Source: an uncultured Alphaproteobacteria bacterium (GTDB taxonomy: Bacteria > Pseudomonadota > Alphaproteobacteria > HIMB59). From it: a DNA stretch of 58,400 nt. Position numbers and translations under genes: made by a program. Below, piece after piece: positions 1 through 8,224 of this stretch. Every line of letters begins with the position of its first letter. Position 1 is the stretch's first letter. The stretch is from assembly GCA_902522585.1 (NCBI GenBank), contig CABYWI010000001.1, forward strand, positions 1 to 58,400, read 5' to 3'. Under the pieces are notes generated by a model. That model searched no databases. It had not been told where the DNA came from and saw only the letters and a list, made by a program, of their open reading frames with translations.

Positions 1-150
1 ATGAATTCCATTATGATTTTAATTCCAATATTTTTTGGTTTATTAATTGGTCAAAAAATACGCCAAAAAATATCAGAGGCTCTGTTTCAAAAGTTTTTTT
101 ATATTATGCTTTTGTTTATGAGCGCTATAATTTTAATTAATCTGATTTAA
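1..150 (+). CDS. 3' end of a membrane protein, probably TauE/SafE sulfite-exporter family (partial at window edge)
   Basis: Frame 1 is open from base 1 to TAA 148-150 and reads ...FGLLIGQKIRQKISEALFQKFFYIMLLFMSAIILINLI*, which resembles a TauE C-terminus; lies directly upstream of sulfur genes. Confidence 0.55.
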   Translation: MNSIMILIPIFFGLLIGQKIRQKISEALFQKFFYIMLLFMSAIILINLI

Positions 151-183
151 TGTTTTAAAGCTAAAAGAATAGTCTATAAAATA

Positions 184-1326
184 ATGGTGAAAAAAAAGTT
201 TAATACAAAAGTAATCCACTCAGGCCATGGCTCTGATAATGATACCGGGGCTGTAATGCCTCCAATTCACTTATCATCTACATTTAAGCAAAATAAACCT
301 GGTGATTTCCAATATGAATACGCTCGCACGAAGAATCCAAGTCGAGATATTTTAGAAAAACTCTTAGCTTCAATTGAATCTGGAGAGCAGGCCTTCGCTT
401 TTTCTTCTGGAATGGCAGCTATTAATACAGTCTGTGATTTATTTGGAGAAAATTATCATGTGATTTGCTCTGATGATGTATATGGAGGCACTAGAAGATT
501 ATTCGATAAGGTTAAAACAAATATTGATGTTACTTACGTTGATTTTGATACCAATGTTAATTGGAATGATATTGTAAATGTCCACACTAAGTTTGTGTGG
601 GCAGAAACACCCTCTAACCCTCTAATGAAAATTATAGATATTAAAAATACATCTGAAATAGCCCACGGTTTCAATTTACCTGTCATTTGTGATAACACAT
701 TTGCATCTCCTTATAATCAAAGACCTTTAGAGTTGGGAGCGGACTTGGTAGTGAGTTCTTCAACAAAATATCTAGGTGGACATTCTGATATTGTTGGAGG
801 ATCTATCGTAATAAAGGACCAAGATCTATATGGAGAAAAAATTGCATACCTTCAAAATGCGGTAGGGGCCATTCCATCACCTTTTGATTGTTATTTACTT
901 ACTCGAAGCATAAAAACACTTTCTGTTAGAATGCAAAGGCATAATGAAAATGGAGAGAAAGTAGCTAGCTTTTTAGAGTCACATCCTAAAATTACAAAAA
1001 TCCATTATCCTGGAAAAGATCAAAAATATAAATCAATTGCCTCAAATCAAATGAATGGCTTTGGTGGCATGATGTCTGTTGTTCTTGATACAAATTTAGA
1101 AGGAGTTAATACCTTTCTCTCTAATTTAAAAATTTTTACCCTTGCAGAAAGTTTAGGCGGTGTAGAAAGTTTAATTGAACATCCAGCAATTATGACCCAC
1201 GCATCAATAGACAAAAAAATTCGAGATAGCTTGGGCATTTCAGATAGTCTTTTACGTTTATCAGTTGGTATAGAAGATGTTGAAGAAATTATAGAAGATC
1301 TAAAACAAGCCTTAGAAACTATTTAA
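184..1326 (+). CDS. metB: Cystathionine gamma-lyase/gamma-synthase (Cys/Met PLP family)
   Basis: PPIHLSSTF, YARTKNP, FSSGMAAI, DNTFASP, SSTKYLGGHSD (PLP Lys), AESLGGVESL, RLSVGIED. Confidence 0.85.
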   Translation: MVKKKFNTKVIHSGHGSDNDTGAVMPPIHLSSTFKQNKPGDFQYEYARTKNPSRDILEKLLASIESGEQAFAFSSGMAAINTVCDLFGENYHVICSDDVYGGTRRLFDKVKTNIDVTYVDFDTNVNWNDIVNVHTKFVWAETPSNPLMKIIDIKNTSEIAHGFNLPVICDNTFASPYNQRPLELGADLVVSSSTKYLGGHSDIVGGSIVIKDQDLYGEKIAYLQNAVGAIPSPFDCYLLTRSIKTLSVRMQRHNENGEKVASFLESHPKITKIHYPGKDQKYKSIASNQMNGFGGMMSVVLDTNLEGVNTFLSNLKIFTLAESLGGVESLIEHPAIMTHASIDKKIRDSLGISDSLLRLSVGIEDVEEIIEDLKQALETI

Positions 1327-1330
1327 GATT

Positions 1331-2326
1331 ATGAATAATTCGATGATTGATTTAATTGGTAATACTCCCTTAATCAAATTGAAATATCCATCTGAACTGA
1401 CGGGTTGTAATATTTACGGAAAAGCGGAATTTATGAATCCTGGAGGTTCAGTGAAAGATCGAGCTGCATTAGGAATTATTCAAGATGCTGAAGAAAAAAA
1501 GTTAATTGAGCTTGGTGGGACTGTTGTGGAAGGTACTTTTGGAAATACTGGTATTGCTTTAACAATGATTAATAATGCCCGTGGCTATAAAACAATTATC
1601 GTTATGCCGGAGGCGGCATCTTTAGAAAAGCGAGATATTTTAAGGAATTTGGGGGCAGAACTTAGAATTGTGGAAGTAAAGCCATACAAAGACCCTGGCA
1701 ATTATCAACATATTTCAAGAAGATTAGCAGAAGAATTAAAAGCTAAAGGAGAAGGATCGGTAATTTGGGCCAACCAGTTTGATAACACTGCAAATTATGA
1801 ATTTCATTCAAAAACAACTGCTAAAGAAATTTATGATCAATTAGAGGGTAAAATTGATGGGTTTACTTGTTCTATTGGAACGGGCGGAACTTTAGCCGGG
1901 GTATCTGTGGGATTAAAAGAATTAAACTCTGATATCAAAATTGCTTGTACAGATCCTCAGGGTGCCACTATGTATCGTTATTTTAAAGACTCAGTTTTAG
2001 AAGTGACGGGCGATCCCTCTGAGACGGAAGGCATAGGTCAAGCGAGAGTTACGAAAAATGTAGAGGCATGTTTAATTGATATGGCTTACCATATCACTGA
2101 TAAAGATGCATTTGAGCTTCTTTACAAATTAATTAAAACCGAAGGTTTGTTTTTAGGAACAAGTTGTGGAGTTAATATTGCTGGAGCTATTAAAATGGCA
2201 AAAGAAATGGGCCCAAACAAAAATATTGTTACCATCCTATGTGATGACGCTTATAAATATTTTAGTAAAATGTTTAATAAAGAATTTTTAAAATCAAAAA
2301 ATCTTCCTATTCCCGATTGGCTTTAA
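1331..2326 (+). CDS. cysK: Cysteine synthase/cystathionine beta-synthase family PLP enzyme
   Basis: IGNTPL, KAEFMNPGGSVKDR, EGT(F)GNTG, GTGGTLAG, EGIGQ. Confidence 0.8.
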   Translation: MNNSMIDLIGNTPLIKLKYPSELTGCNIYGKAEFMNPGGSVKDRAALGIIQDAEEKKLIELGGTVVEGTFGNTGIALTMINNARGYKTIIVMPEAASLEKRDILRNLGAELRIVEVKPYKDPGNYQHISRRLAEELKAKGEGSVIWANQFDNTANYEFHSKTTAKEIYDQLEGKIDGFTCSIGTGGTLAGVSVGLKELNSDIKIACTDPQGATMYRYFKDSVLEVTGDPSETEGIGQARVTKNVEACLIDMAYHITDKDAFELLYKLIKTEGLFLGTSCGVNIAGAIKMAKEMGPNKNIVTILCDDAYKYFSKMFNKEFLKSKNLPIPDWL

Positions 2327-2861
2327 CTTTATTAAAAAAGCTTATTCTTTTTAAAGTATTATCTTTTAACCAATAGTGGTGATACAAGGCACCGACGATG
2401 TGTAAAGTTAACATAGCTAAAATTATATTTCCTAATATATCATGAATTGAATGTACTATTCTTTTCATATCTCTGTTTCTTTCCAGAACTTCGGGTAGCT
2501 GAGTACCAAAAAAATTAACAACATCACCTTGAAGATTGGTTAGCAGATAGCCCGTAAGAGGCATTACAAAAAATATAATGTAAAATAAAATATGAATAAA
2601 TGTTGCTAATTTGATTAAAACTTTTCTTGTAGCAAGAGGATCAGGAAGTATATTAAACCACCTCCAACAAAGCCTAAAAACAGCCAATAAAAAAATTAAA
2701 ATCCCTAGACTATTATGAAGCATTAAAACCATGTCATAATTTTGGAAATTATCTTTAAGATTTAATCCCAATAAAAATGTAGCAAGAAGAATTAAAGCCA
2801 TCATCCAATGGAACAAAATACTGATAATCCCATATGAATGACTCGTATTAAATATTCCCAT
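2307..2861 (-). CDS. Cytochrome b561 (YceJ/CybB-like)
   Basis: Four TM helices with heme-ligand His residues: FHWMMA, LHNSLG, IHDILG, LHIVGALYHH. Confidence 0.85.
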   Translation of the reverse strand: MGIFNTSHSYGIISILFHWMMALILLATFLLGLNLKDNFQNYDMVLMLHNSLGILIFLLAVFRLCWRWFNILPDPLATRKVLIKLATFIHILFYIIFFVMPLTGYLLTNLQGDVVNFFGTQLPEVLERNRDMKRIVHSIHDILGNIILAMLTLHIVGALYHHYWLKDNTLKRISFFNKVKANRE

Positions 2862-2981
2862 TGATAATCAAATTAATACAATAAATTTCTTAATAAATGA
2901 TTAAAATTTCATGATAAGAAAATCTTATTAGAATATTAAAAATTAATAAGCAATACTTATCAAAAATTTTGAAATACTTTG

Positions 2982-3779
2982 ATGATCAAAACTAAAATAT
3001 TCTTCTTAATATTCACCCTTTTTTTTAGCAATACTTTTGCTAGAGATTATATCGTTGTTCAATCTACCACGAGTACGGCTAATACTGGTTTATTAGATTT
3101 ATTAAGTGAAGAATTTTTTCTAGATACAGGCATTGAGGTAAGAGCAGTCGCCGTAGGAACTGGCACAGCAATTGCCAACGCAAGAAAAGGAGATGGCGAT
3201 GTTTTAATGGTCCATTCCAAAGTTGATGAATTAAAATTTGTCCAAGATGGTTTTGGTATTGAGAGATATGATTTAATGTACAACGATTTTGTGATAGTAG
3301 GTCCGAACAATGACCCAGCTCAGATTAAAAATAAAAAAAATATTTTAGAAGTAATGATAATTCTCTCAAGCCCAGATTATAAATTTATATCTAGAGACGA
3401 TTATTCCGGTACACATAAAAAAGAATTATCTCTTTGGCAAGAGTCTGGCATAAGCATACCTACAGATAGTTCATATATAAAATCAGGTAGTGGAATGGCT
3501 AGTACAATCAATATTGCTAATGAAATGCAATCTTATGTATTAACAGATCGTGGCACGTGGATTGCTTTTCAAAATAAAAATAATTTAGAAATATTATTTG
3601 AAAATGATAAATCTCTTTTTAATCCTTATGGGATTATAGTTGTAAGCCCTAAAAAATTTCCTTATGTAGAGTATGAAAAATCAAATATTTTTGTTGAATG
3701 GCTTTTAAAGGGCAGGGGTAATAACTTAATAAACAACTATACCATTGAGGGTCAAAAATTATTTTTTACTTATAACTGA
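2982..3779 (+). CDS. tupA: Tungstate ABC transporter substrate-binding protein
   Basis: Signal peptide; STTS(T)xxxGLL (TupA TTTS-like motif), AVGTGxA, DVLMVH, MYNDFVIVGP, SRDDxSGTH, LTDRGTW; ATG 2982 preferred over TTG 2979. Confidence 0.85.
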   Translation: MIKTKIFFLIFTLFFSNTFARDYIVVQSTTSTANTGLLDLLSEEFFLDTGIEVRAVAVGTGTAIANARKGDGDVLMVHSKVDELKFVQDGFGIERYDLMYNDFVIVGPNNDPAQIKNKKNILEVMIILSSPDYKFISRDDYSGTHKKELSLWQESGISIPTDSSYIKSGSGMASTINIANEMQSYVLTDRGTWIAFQNKNNLEILFENDKSLFNPYGIIVVSPKKFPYVEYEKSNIFVEWLLKGRGNNLINNYTIEGQKLFFTYN

Positions 3780-3809
3780 AATATTAAATGGATAGAATGT
3801 TATTGAAAA

Positions 3810-4454
3810 ATGCTAGACACATCTAAAGTTTTTGAGGCGATAATCATATCATTGCATGTAAGTTTTGTATCAACTTTATTTGCTTTTTCTATATCAATTT
3901 TTTTTGGTTATTTAATTGCAACCAAAAAATTTATTTTAAAAAGATATATTGTTAGTATTTTAGGATCCCTAACCTCGATCCCTCCCGTTTGTGCAGGATT
4001 AATTGTTTATTTAATTATTAGTCGTTCCGGGCCCTTGGGTTGGATGGAGCTTTTGTATACACCATCAGCAATGATTATCGCTCAATTTATTATTATCTTT
4101 CCTATAATGGTTACTTTAATAATTAACTACATTGAACGCGAATACCCACAGCTGAGAGATGAATTAATCTCTTATGGGGCTTCTCAAAAAGATATTTTAT
4201 TTCTTCTTGTTACAAATCAAAAAGGAATATACCTGACAACGCTTCTTATTGGTTTTGGTAGAGCAGTAAGCGAATATGGCGCTGCTGCAATTGTTGGGGG
4301 CTCTATTGATCATGTTACCCGAAATATGACAGCAATGATTGCATTAGAAACAGCTAAAGGAAATATTTTGATAGGTGTCACACTAGGCGCAATATTGATT
4401 TCTATTTCTTTGATTATTTCCTTTGGAATAAATTATTTCAAAAATGATGATTAA
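3810..4454 (+). CDS. tupB: Tungstate ABC transporter permease
   Basis: PPVxAGLxVYLxxSRSGPLG, FGRAVSEYGA, TRxMTxxIALET. Confidence 0.85.
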   Translation: MLDTSKVFEAIIISLHVSFVSTLFAFSISIFFGYLIATKKFILKRYIVSILGSLTSIPPVCAGLIVYLIISRSGPLGWMELLYTPSAMIIAQFIIIFPIMVTLIINYIEREYPQLRDELISYGASQKDILFLLVTNQKGIYLTTLLIGFGRAVSEYGAAAIVGGSIDHVTRNMTAMIALETAKGNILIGVTLGAILISISLIISFGINYFKNDD

Positions 4455-5070
4455 TTTAAAAAAAATACAGTACCAAATCTCAAAAAAAACTATTTTAGAT
4501 AATATTAATTTAAACATTCAAGATGGTAAAACGACAATTATAATGGGCAAAAATGGCTCAGGTAAATCCACCTTATTAAAATTGCTAAATCAAATTATCA
4601 AACCTTCATCTGGATTTTTTGAGTCAAATTTATCAAAGCCTGTACCTATGCTTTTTCAAAAGCCATTAATTTTACAAAATTCTGTAATTTATAATTACCA
4701 AATTCTTAAACAAATTAAAAAACACCAAATTAATCATTCATGGTTTGAAAAATTCAATTTATTAAATCTTTCTAATCAAAAAATGATCTCTTTGTCCGAG
4801 GGGGAAAAACAAAAAATATTTATCTCAAGAATTATGAGCTTCGACCAATCCCAACTTTTTTTAGATGAACCCAATCAAAGTCTCGATTTACAAAGTGAAA
4901 AACTATTGATCGACCTTTTAATGAAAGAAAAAAAAGAAAAAACTATTGTTATGACTCTACACGACTTTGAGATTGCAAAAAAGATCGGAGATTATTTTAT
5001 TTACTTAGAAAATGGTAAAATCTTGGTGCAAGATAAATATGAAAATTTTTTTAAAAAATTTCCTTTATAA
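4444..5070 (+). CDS. tupC: ABC ATPase of the tungstate transporter
   Basis: Walker A GKNGSGKST, degenerate signature LSEGEKQ, Walker B LFLDEP; overlaps tupB stop. Confidence 0.75.
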   Translation: MMINLKKIQYQISKKTILDNINLNIQDGKTTIIMGKNGSGKSTLLKLLNQIIKPSSGFFESNLSKPVPMLFQKPLILQNSVIYNYQILKQIKKHQINHSWFEKFNLLNLSNQKMISLSEGEKQKIFISRIMSFDQSQLFLDEPNQSLDLQSEKLLIDLLMKEKKEKTIVMTLHDFEIAKKIGDYFIYLENGKILVQDKYENFFKKFPL

Positions 5071-5111
5071 TTATTGCTAATCTAATTCAAGATAAATGCG
5101 TTTAAAGTTTG

Positions 5112-5522
5112 ATGATTAAATTTTTAACTTTTCTTTTATTACTAATTAGCCCTGTGATTGCTAGCGATGTTATTAACCAAAGACAAGACTCAATGCAAGA
5201 TTTTAACAAACTTATGAGGGCTGCTAATCAATCACTTAAAAATAGTGAAATTGAAATTTTGGCCAAAATTTATGGGGATATTGAGTCTATTATGAAAACT
5301 TATCCAACTCTTTTTCCAAATGATAGTTTTGATGGAAAGACTAAAGCTAGTAATGATATAATTGACAACAGAGAAATATTTAATCAAATTGCAAATGATA
5401 CCGCCGAATGGGCTGCTTTAGCAAAAATTGCAGCTGAAAATAACGATTTAGAAGCTCTTCAACAACATCAACAAAATCTTTATGGCAGTTGTAAAAGTTG
5501 CCACTCACGTTTTAAAAATTAA
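5112..5522 (+). CDS. Class II cytochrome c (c'/c556-like)
   Basis: Signal peptide, INQRQDSM, LFP, C-terminal CKSCHSRF heme motif. Confidence 0.85.
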   Translation: MIKFLTFLLLLISPVIASDVINQRQDSMQDFNKLMRAANQSLKNSEIEILAKIYGDIESIMKTYPTLFPNDSFDGKTKASNDIIDNREIFNQIANDTAEWAALAKIAAENNDLEALQQHQQNLYGSCKSCHSRFKN

Positions 5523-5686
5523 TTCATATAGATCTAGTCCGTTGGATGACATACATAATAATGAGTTTTATTAGATTATTTGAGCATAAGTCTTCTATTT
5601 ATAATATTTTGTTAAAAGTAAAAAAGATGATACAAAAAATTTGAAAGACAAAAAGAATCCTATGGAAAAGAAAGATCATCACACCC

Positions 5687-6007
5687 ATGAGTTTTAAATC
5701 AATAAGCGTCGCAGATGCATTGCAACCGATTAAAAATGGTGCACTAATAATTGATGTAAGAGAACAAAATGAATATGATCAAGCCCACATTGAAAACGGC
5801 GTTTTAGTGCCTCTATCTACAGTCAGTGCTGAAAAAATTAATGAGGTAAATCCACAAAATAAAACCATTTTGATTCATTGTCGATCAGGGAAAAGATCCA
5901 AAGTTGCAGCTAATATTATTTTAAGTCAGGGATATACTGGCGAAATATTAGAACTTGATGAAGGTATAAATGCTTGGATTGAGTTTGGCCAAAAAATTAT
6001 TTCATAG
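5687..6007 (+). CDS. Rhodanese-like sulfurtransferase
   Basis: IIDVRE, HIENG, active-site CRSGKRS, LDEGINAW. Confidence 0.85.
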   Translation: MSFKSISVADALQPIKNGALIIDVREQNEYDQAHIENGVLVPLSTVSAEKINEVNPQNKTILIHCRSGKRSKVAANIILSQGYTGEILELDEGINAWIEFGQKIIS

Positions 6008-6026
6008 CTGAAAATATTATTAATCT

Positions 6027-6197
6027 CTAACTAAAATAATTGGTCGAAGCCATATAATACGCCATATAACCAACTAGACCTAAAACTAAAATTATCAGCG
6101 GAATAGTTGATATAGTAAATGCCTCACGAAACTTTTTGTTAAAGATTAATAAACTTGCAATTAATAAAATAAGCAAAATTACTATTAATCTAATCAT
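6027..6197 (-). CDS. Small two-TM membrane protein, 56 aa (not in ORF track)
   Basis: Hand translation: MIRLIVILLILLIASLLIFNKKFREAFTISTIPLIILVLGLVGYMAYYMASTNYFS*; fills an otherwise empty gap. Confidence 0.55.
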   Translation of the reverse strand: MIRLIVILLILLIASLLIFNKKFREAFTISTIPLIILVLGLVGYMAYYMASTNYFS

Positions 6198-6267
6198 TTA
6201 TTATATTATCTTTATTTTAGAAATTTTTACTATTCTATAACTGCTATTTTCTCTATAAATAAAGATA

Positions 6268-7041
6268 ATGACCACAAAAATTGCAATTGCTGGAGCTAAG
6301 GGCAGAATGGGCCAAAATCTTATTCGATCTGGATTATCAAATTCACACACGGATGTCGTTGGAGTATTTGATATTTCTGAGATAGATCAAGATTTTTTAA
6401 ATGAAATGCATTTACCCCATCAAGTCGCGACAAATAGAGAGAGTTCCTTTGATGTTGCTGACGTAATTGTTGATTTTACATCTCCAAAAGCACTATTTTC
6501 TTTCACGGAAAGTGCTATTGCAAGTAAAACCAGTCTTGTTGTTGGAACCACTGGTCTTGAGGAACAGCATTTCAGTCTCTTAAAACAAACCGGAAAATCA
6601 ACTAAAGTTTTTTATGCACCTAATATGAGCTTCGGGGTTAATTCTTTTTTTAACCTTGCAAGAAAGGCCGCTTCCCATTTAAAAGATTTTGAAATTGAAA
6701 TCATAGAAACCCACCACCGCTTTAAGAAAGATGCTCCAAGTGGCACAGCAATTAAATTAGGTGAAGAAATAGCAGAAGAATTAAATTTTTCTAAAGATCA
6801 ATTCAATTTTAATCGTCAGCAAGATCAACAAGAAAGAAAAAAAGATGAGATTGGTTTTTCATCTATTCGTGGAGGAAATATTCCTGGAGAACACACAGTT
6901 ATCTTTCATGGCGAAAACGAAAGTATTGAATTAACTCACAGAGCTTTTAATAGAGAGATTTTTGCCGATGGTGCAATTCAAGCTTCAATTTGGCTATCAA
7001 AGCAAAATAATGGTTATTATACTTACAAGGACATGCTTTAA
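6268..7041 (+). CDS. dapB: 4-hydroxy-tetrahydrodipicolinate reductase
   Basis: GAKGRMG, VDFT, VGTTG, APNMS, ETHHRFKKDAPSGTA. Confidence 0.95.
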   Translation: MTTKIAIAGAKGRMGQNLIRSGLSNSHTDVVGVFDISEIDQDFLNEMHLPHQVATNRESSFDVADVIVDFTSPKALFSFTESAIASKTSLVVGTTGLEEQHFSLLKQTGKSTKVFYAPNMSFGVNSFFNLARKAASHLKDFEIEIIETHHRFKKDAPSGTAIKLGEEIAEELNFSKDQFNFNRQQDQQERKKDEIGFSSIRGGNIPGEHTVIFHGENESIELTHRAFNREIFADGAIQASIWLSKQNNGYYTYKDML

Positions 7042-7472
7042 GATAAACGAGACTTGTATCGTTCAATAATTTTTTTTAACTTTAATCGACGTTGGGGACT
7101 TAAAAATCTAGCGAATGCATTTTTTTTACCAGCATAATGTATTGATAGATCATCTTTATTATTTTTTAGGCTACTCCAATGTAAATTATAGCTTTGATCA
7201 TCTTCAACCTTCTGATCATTTAACTTTTGAATTTTCATCTCTTCTTGATCAAGAACAATTCTCTCTTTTTTCTTAGCAAAATTAAAGTAAAGGTAAGAGC
7301 ACAATACAAGAATTAAAAATTCAATAATTCCAAATATTAAAATAGGCCATGCACCAACTAGGACAAATCTTGTACCAATAAAAGCTATTAAAAAACCAGT
7401 TACAAACAAGAAAAATACTATTTGCAGATTTGTAAGGCTTTTATTAGGTTTTATATGTAGTGTTTTTTGCAT
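7038..7472 (-). CDS. DUF2244-like membrane protein
   Basis: PNKSL, GAWPILIFGIIE; ATG 7472 avoids a head-to-head overlap with nth. Confidence 0.65.
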   Translation of the reverse strand: MQKTLHIKPNKSLTNLQIVFFLFVTGFLIAFIGTRFVLVGAWPILIFGIIEFLILVLCSYLYFNFAKKKERIVLDQEEMKIQKLNDQKVEDDQSYNLHWSSLKNNKDDLSIHYAGKKNAFARFLSPQRRLKLKKIIERYKSRLS

Positions 7473-7503
7473 ATATAAAATATTAAAGTCAGAAAAGCAT
7501 ATT

Positions 7504-8157
7504 ATGAAAAAAATGGAAAGGGCCAAAATTGTCCTAAAATTATTAAATGAAATATATCCAAATGTTCCAATACCACTAAATCATAAAAATATATATGAAC
7601 TACTTGTTTCTGTCTTACTTAGTGCTCAATGTACAGATGAAAGAGTTAATCAAGTTACACCCATCCTATTCAAATTAGCTAATAATCCTTTTGACATGTT
7701 GAAGGTTTCTACAAGCAAAATATATAAAATCATCAGACCCTGTGGTCTTGCTCCTAAAAAATCAAGAGCAATATCTGATTTATCCAAAATCCTAGTAAAA
7801 AAATTTAACGGCAAAGTCCCTAAAAACTTTGATGATTTGGAAAATTTACCAGGTGTTGGTCATAAAACGGCAAGTGTAGTAATGTCTCAAGGTTTCGGCT
7901 ATCCTGCATTCCCAGTAGATACCCATATTCATAGACTAGCGCAAAGATGGGGGCTGACAAATGGCAAAAATGTTGTTCAAACAGAAAATGATATAAAAAA
8001 GTTATTTCCAGAAGACTCATGGAATAAACTTCACTTACAAATTATTTTTTATGGTAGGGAATATTGTCAGGCAAGAAATTGTTATGGTGTGAAGTGTAAA
8101 ATATGTAAGGCCTGTTATCCTAGTAGACGAAAGCCTATTGCTGTTAAAAAAGCTTAA
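7504..8157 (+). CDS. nth: Endonuclease III
   Basis: LLSAQCTDERVN, HhH LPGVGHKTA, VDTHIHR, C-terminal Cys cluster. Confidence 0.93.
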   Translation: MKKMERAKIVLKLLNEIYPNVPIPLNHKNIYELLVSVLLSAQCTDERVNQVTPILFKLANNPFDMLKVSTSKIYKIIRPCGLAPKKSRAISDLSKILVKKFNGKVPKNFDDLENLPGVGHKTASVVMSQGFGYPAFPVDTHIHRLAQRWGLTNGKNVVQTENDIKKLFPEDSWNKLHLQIIFYGREYCQARNCYGVKCKICKACYPSRRKPIAVKKA

Positions 8158-8224
8158 AAAACCCCAGTATATCTATGAAAATAAATAAAATAATGTATAA
8201 AAATACCGTTATTTATACAATTCT

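Noticed and set aside
2912-2930. ATAAGA-AAA-TCTTAT palindrome between b561 and tupA as a Fur or ModE site
   Set aside because: Does not fit either consensus well; short AT palindromes are expected by chance here
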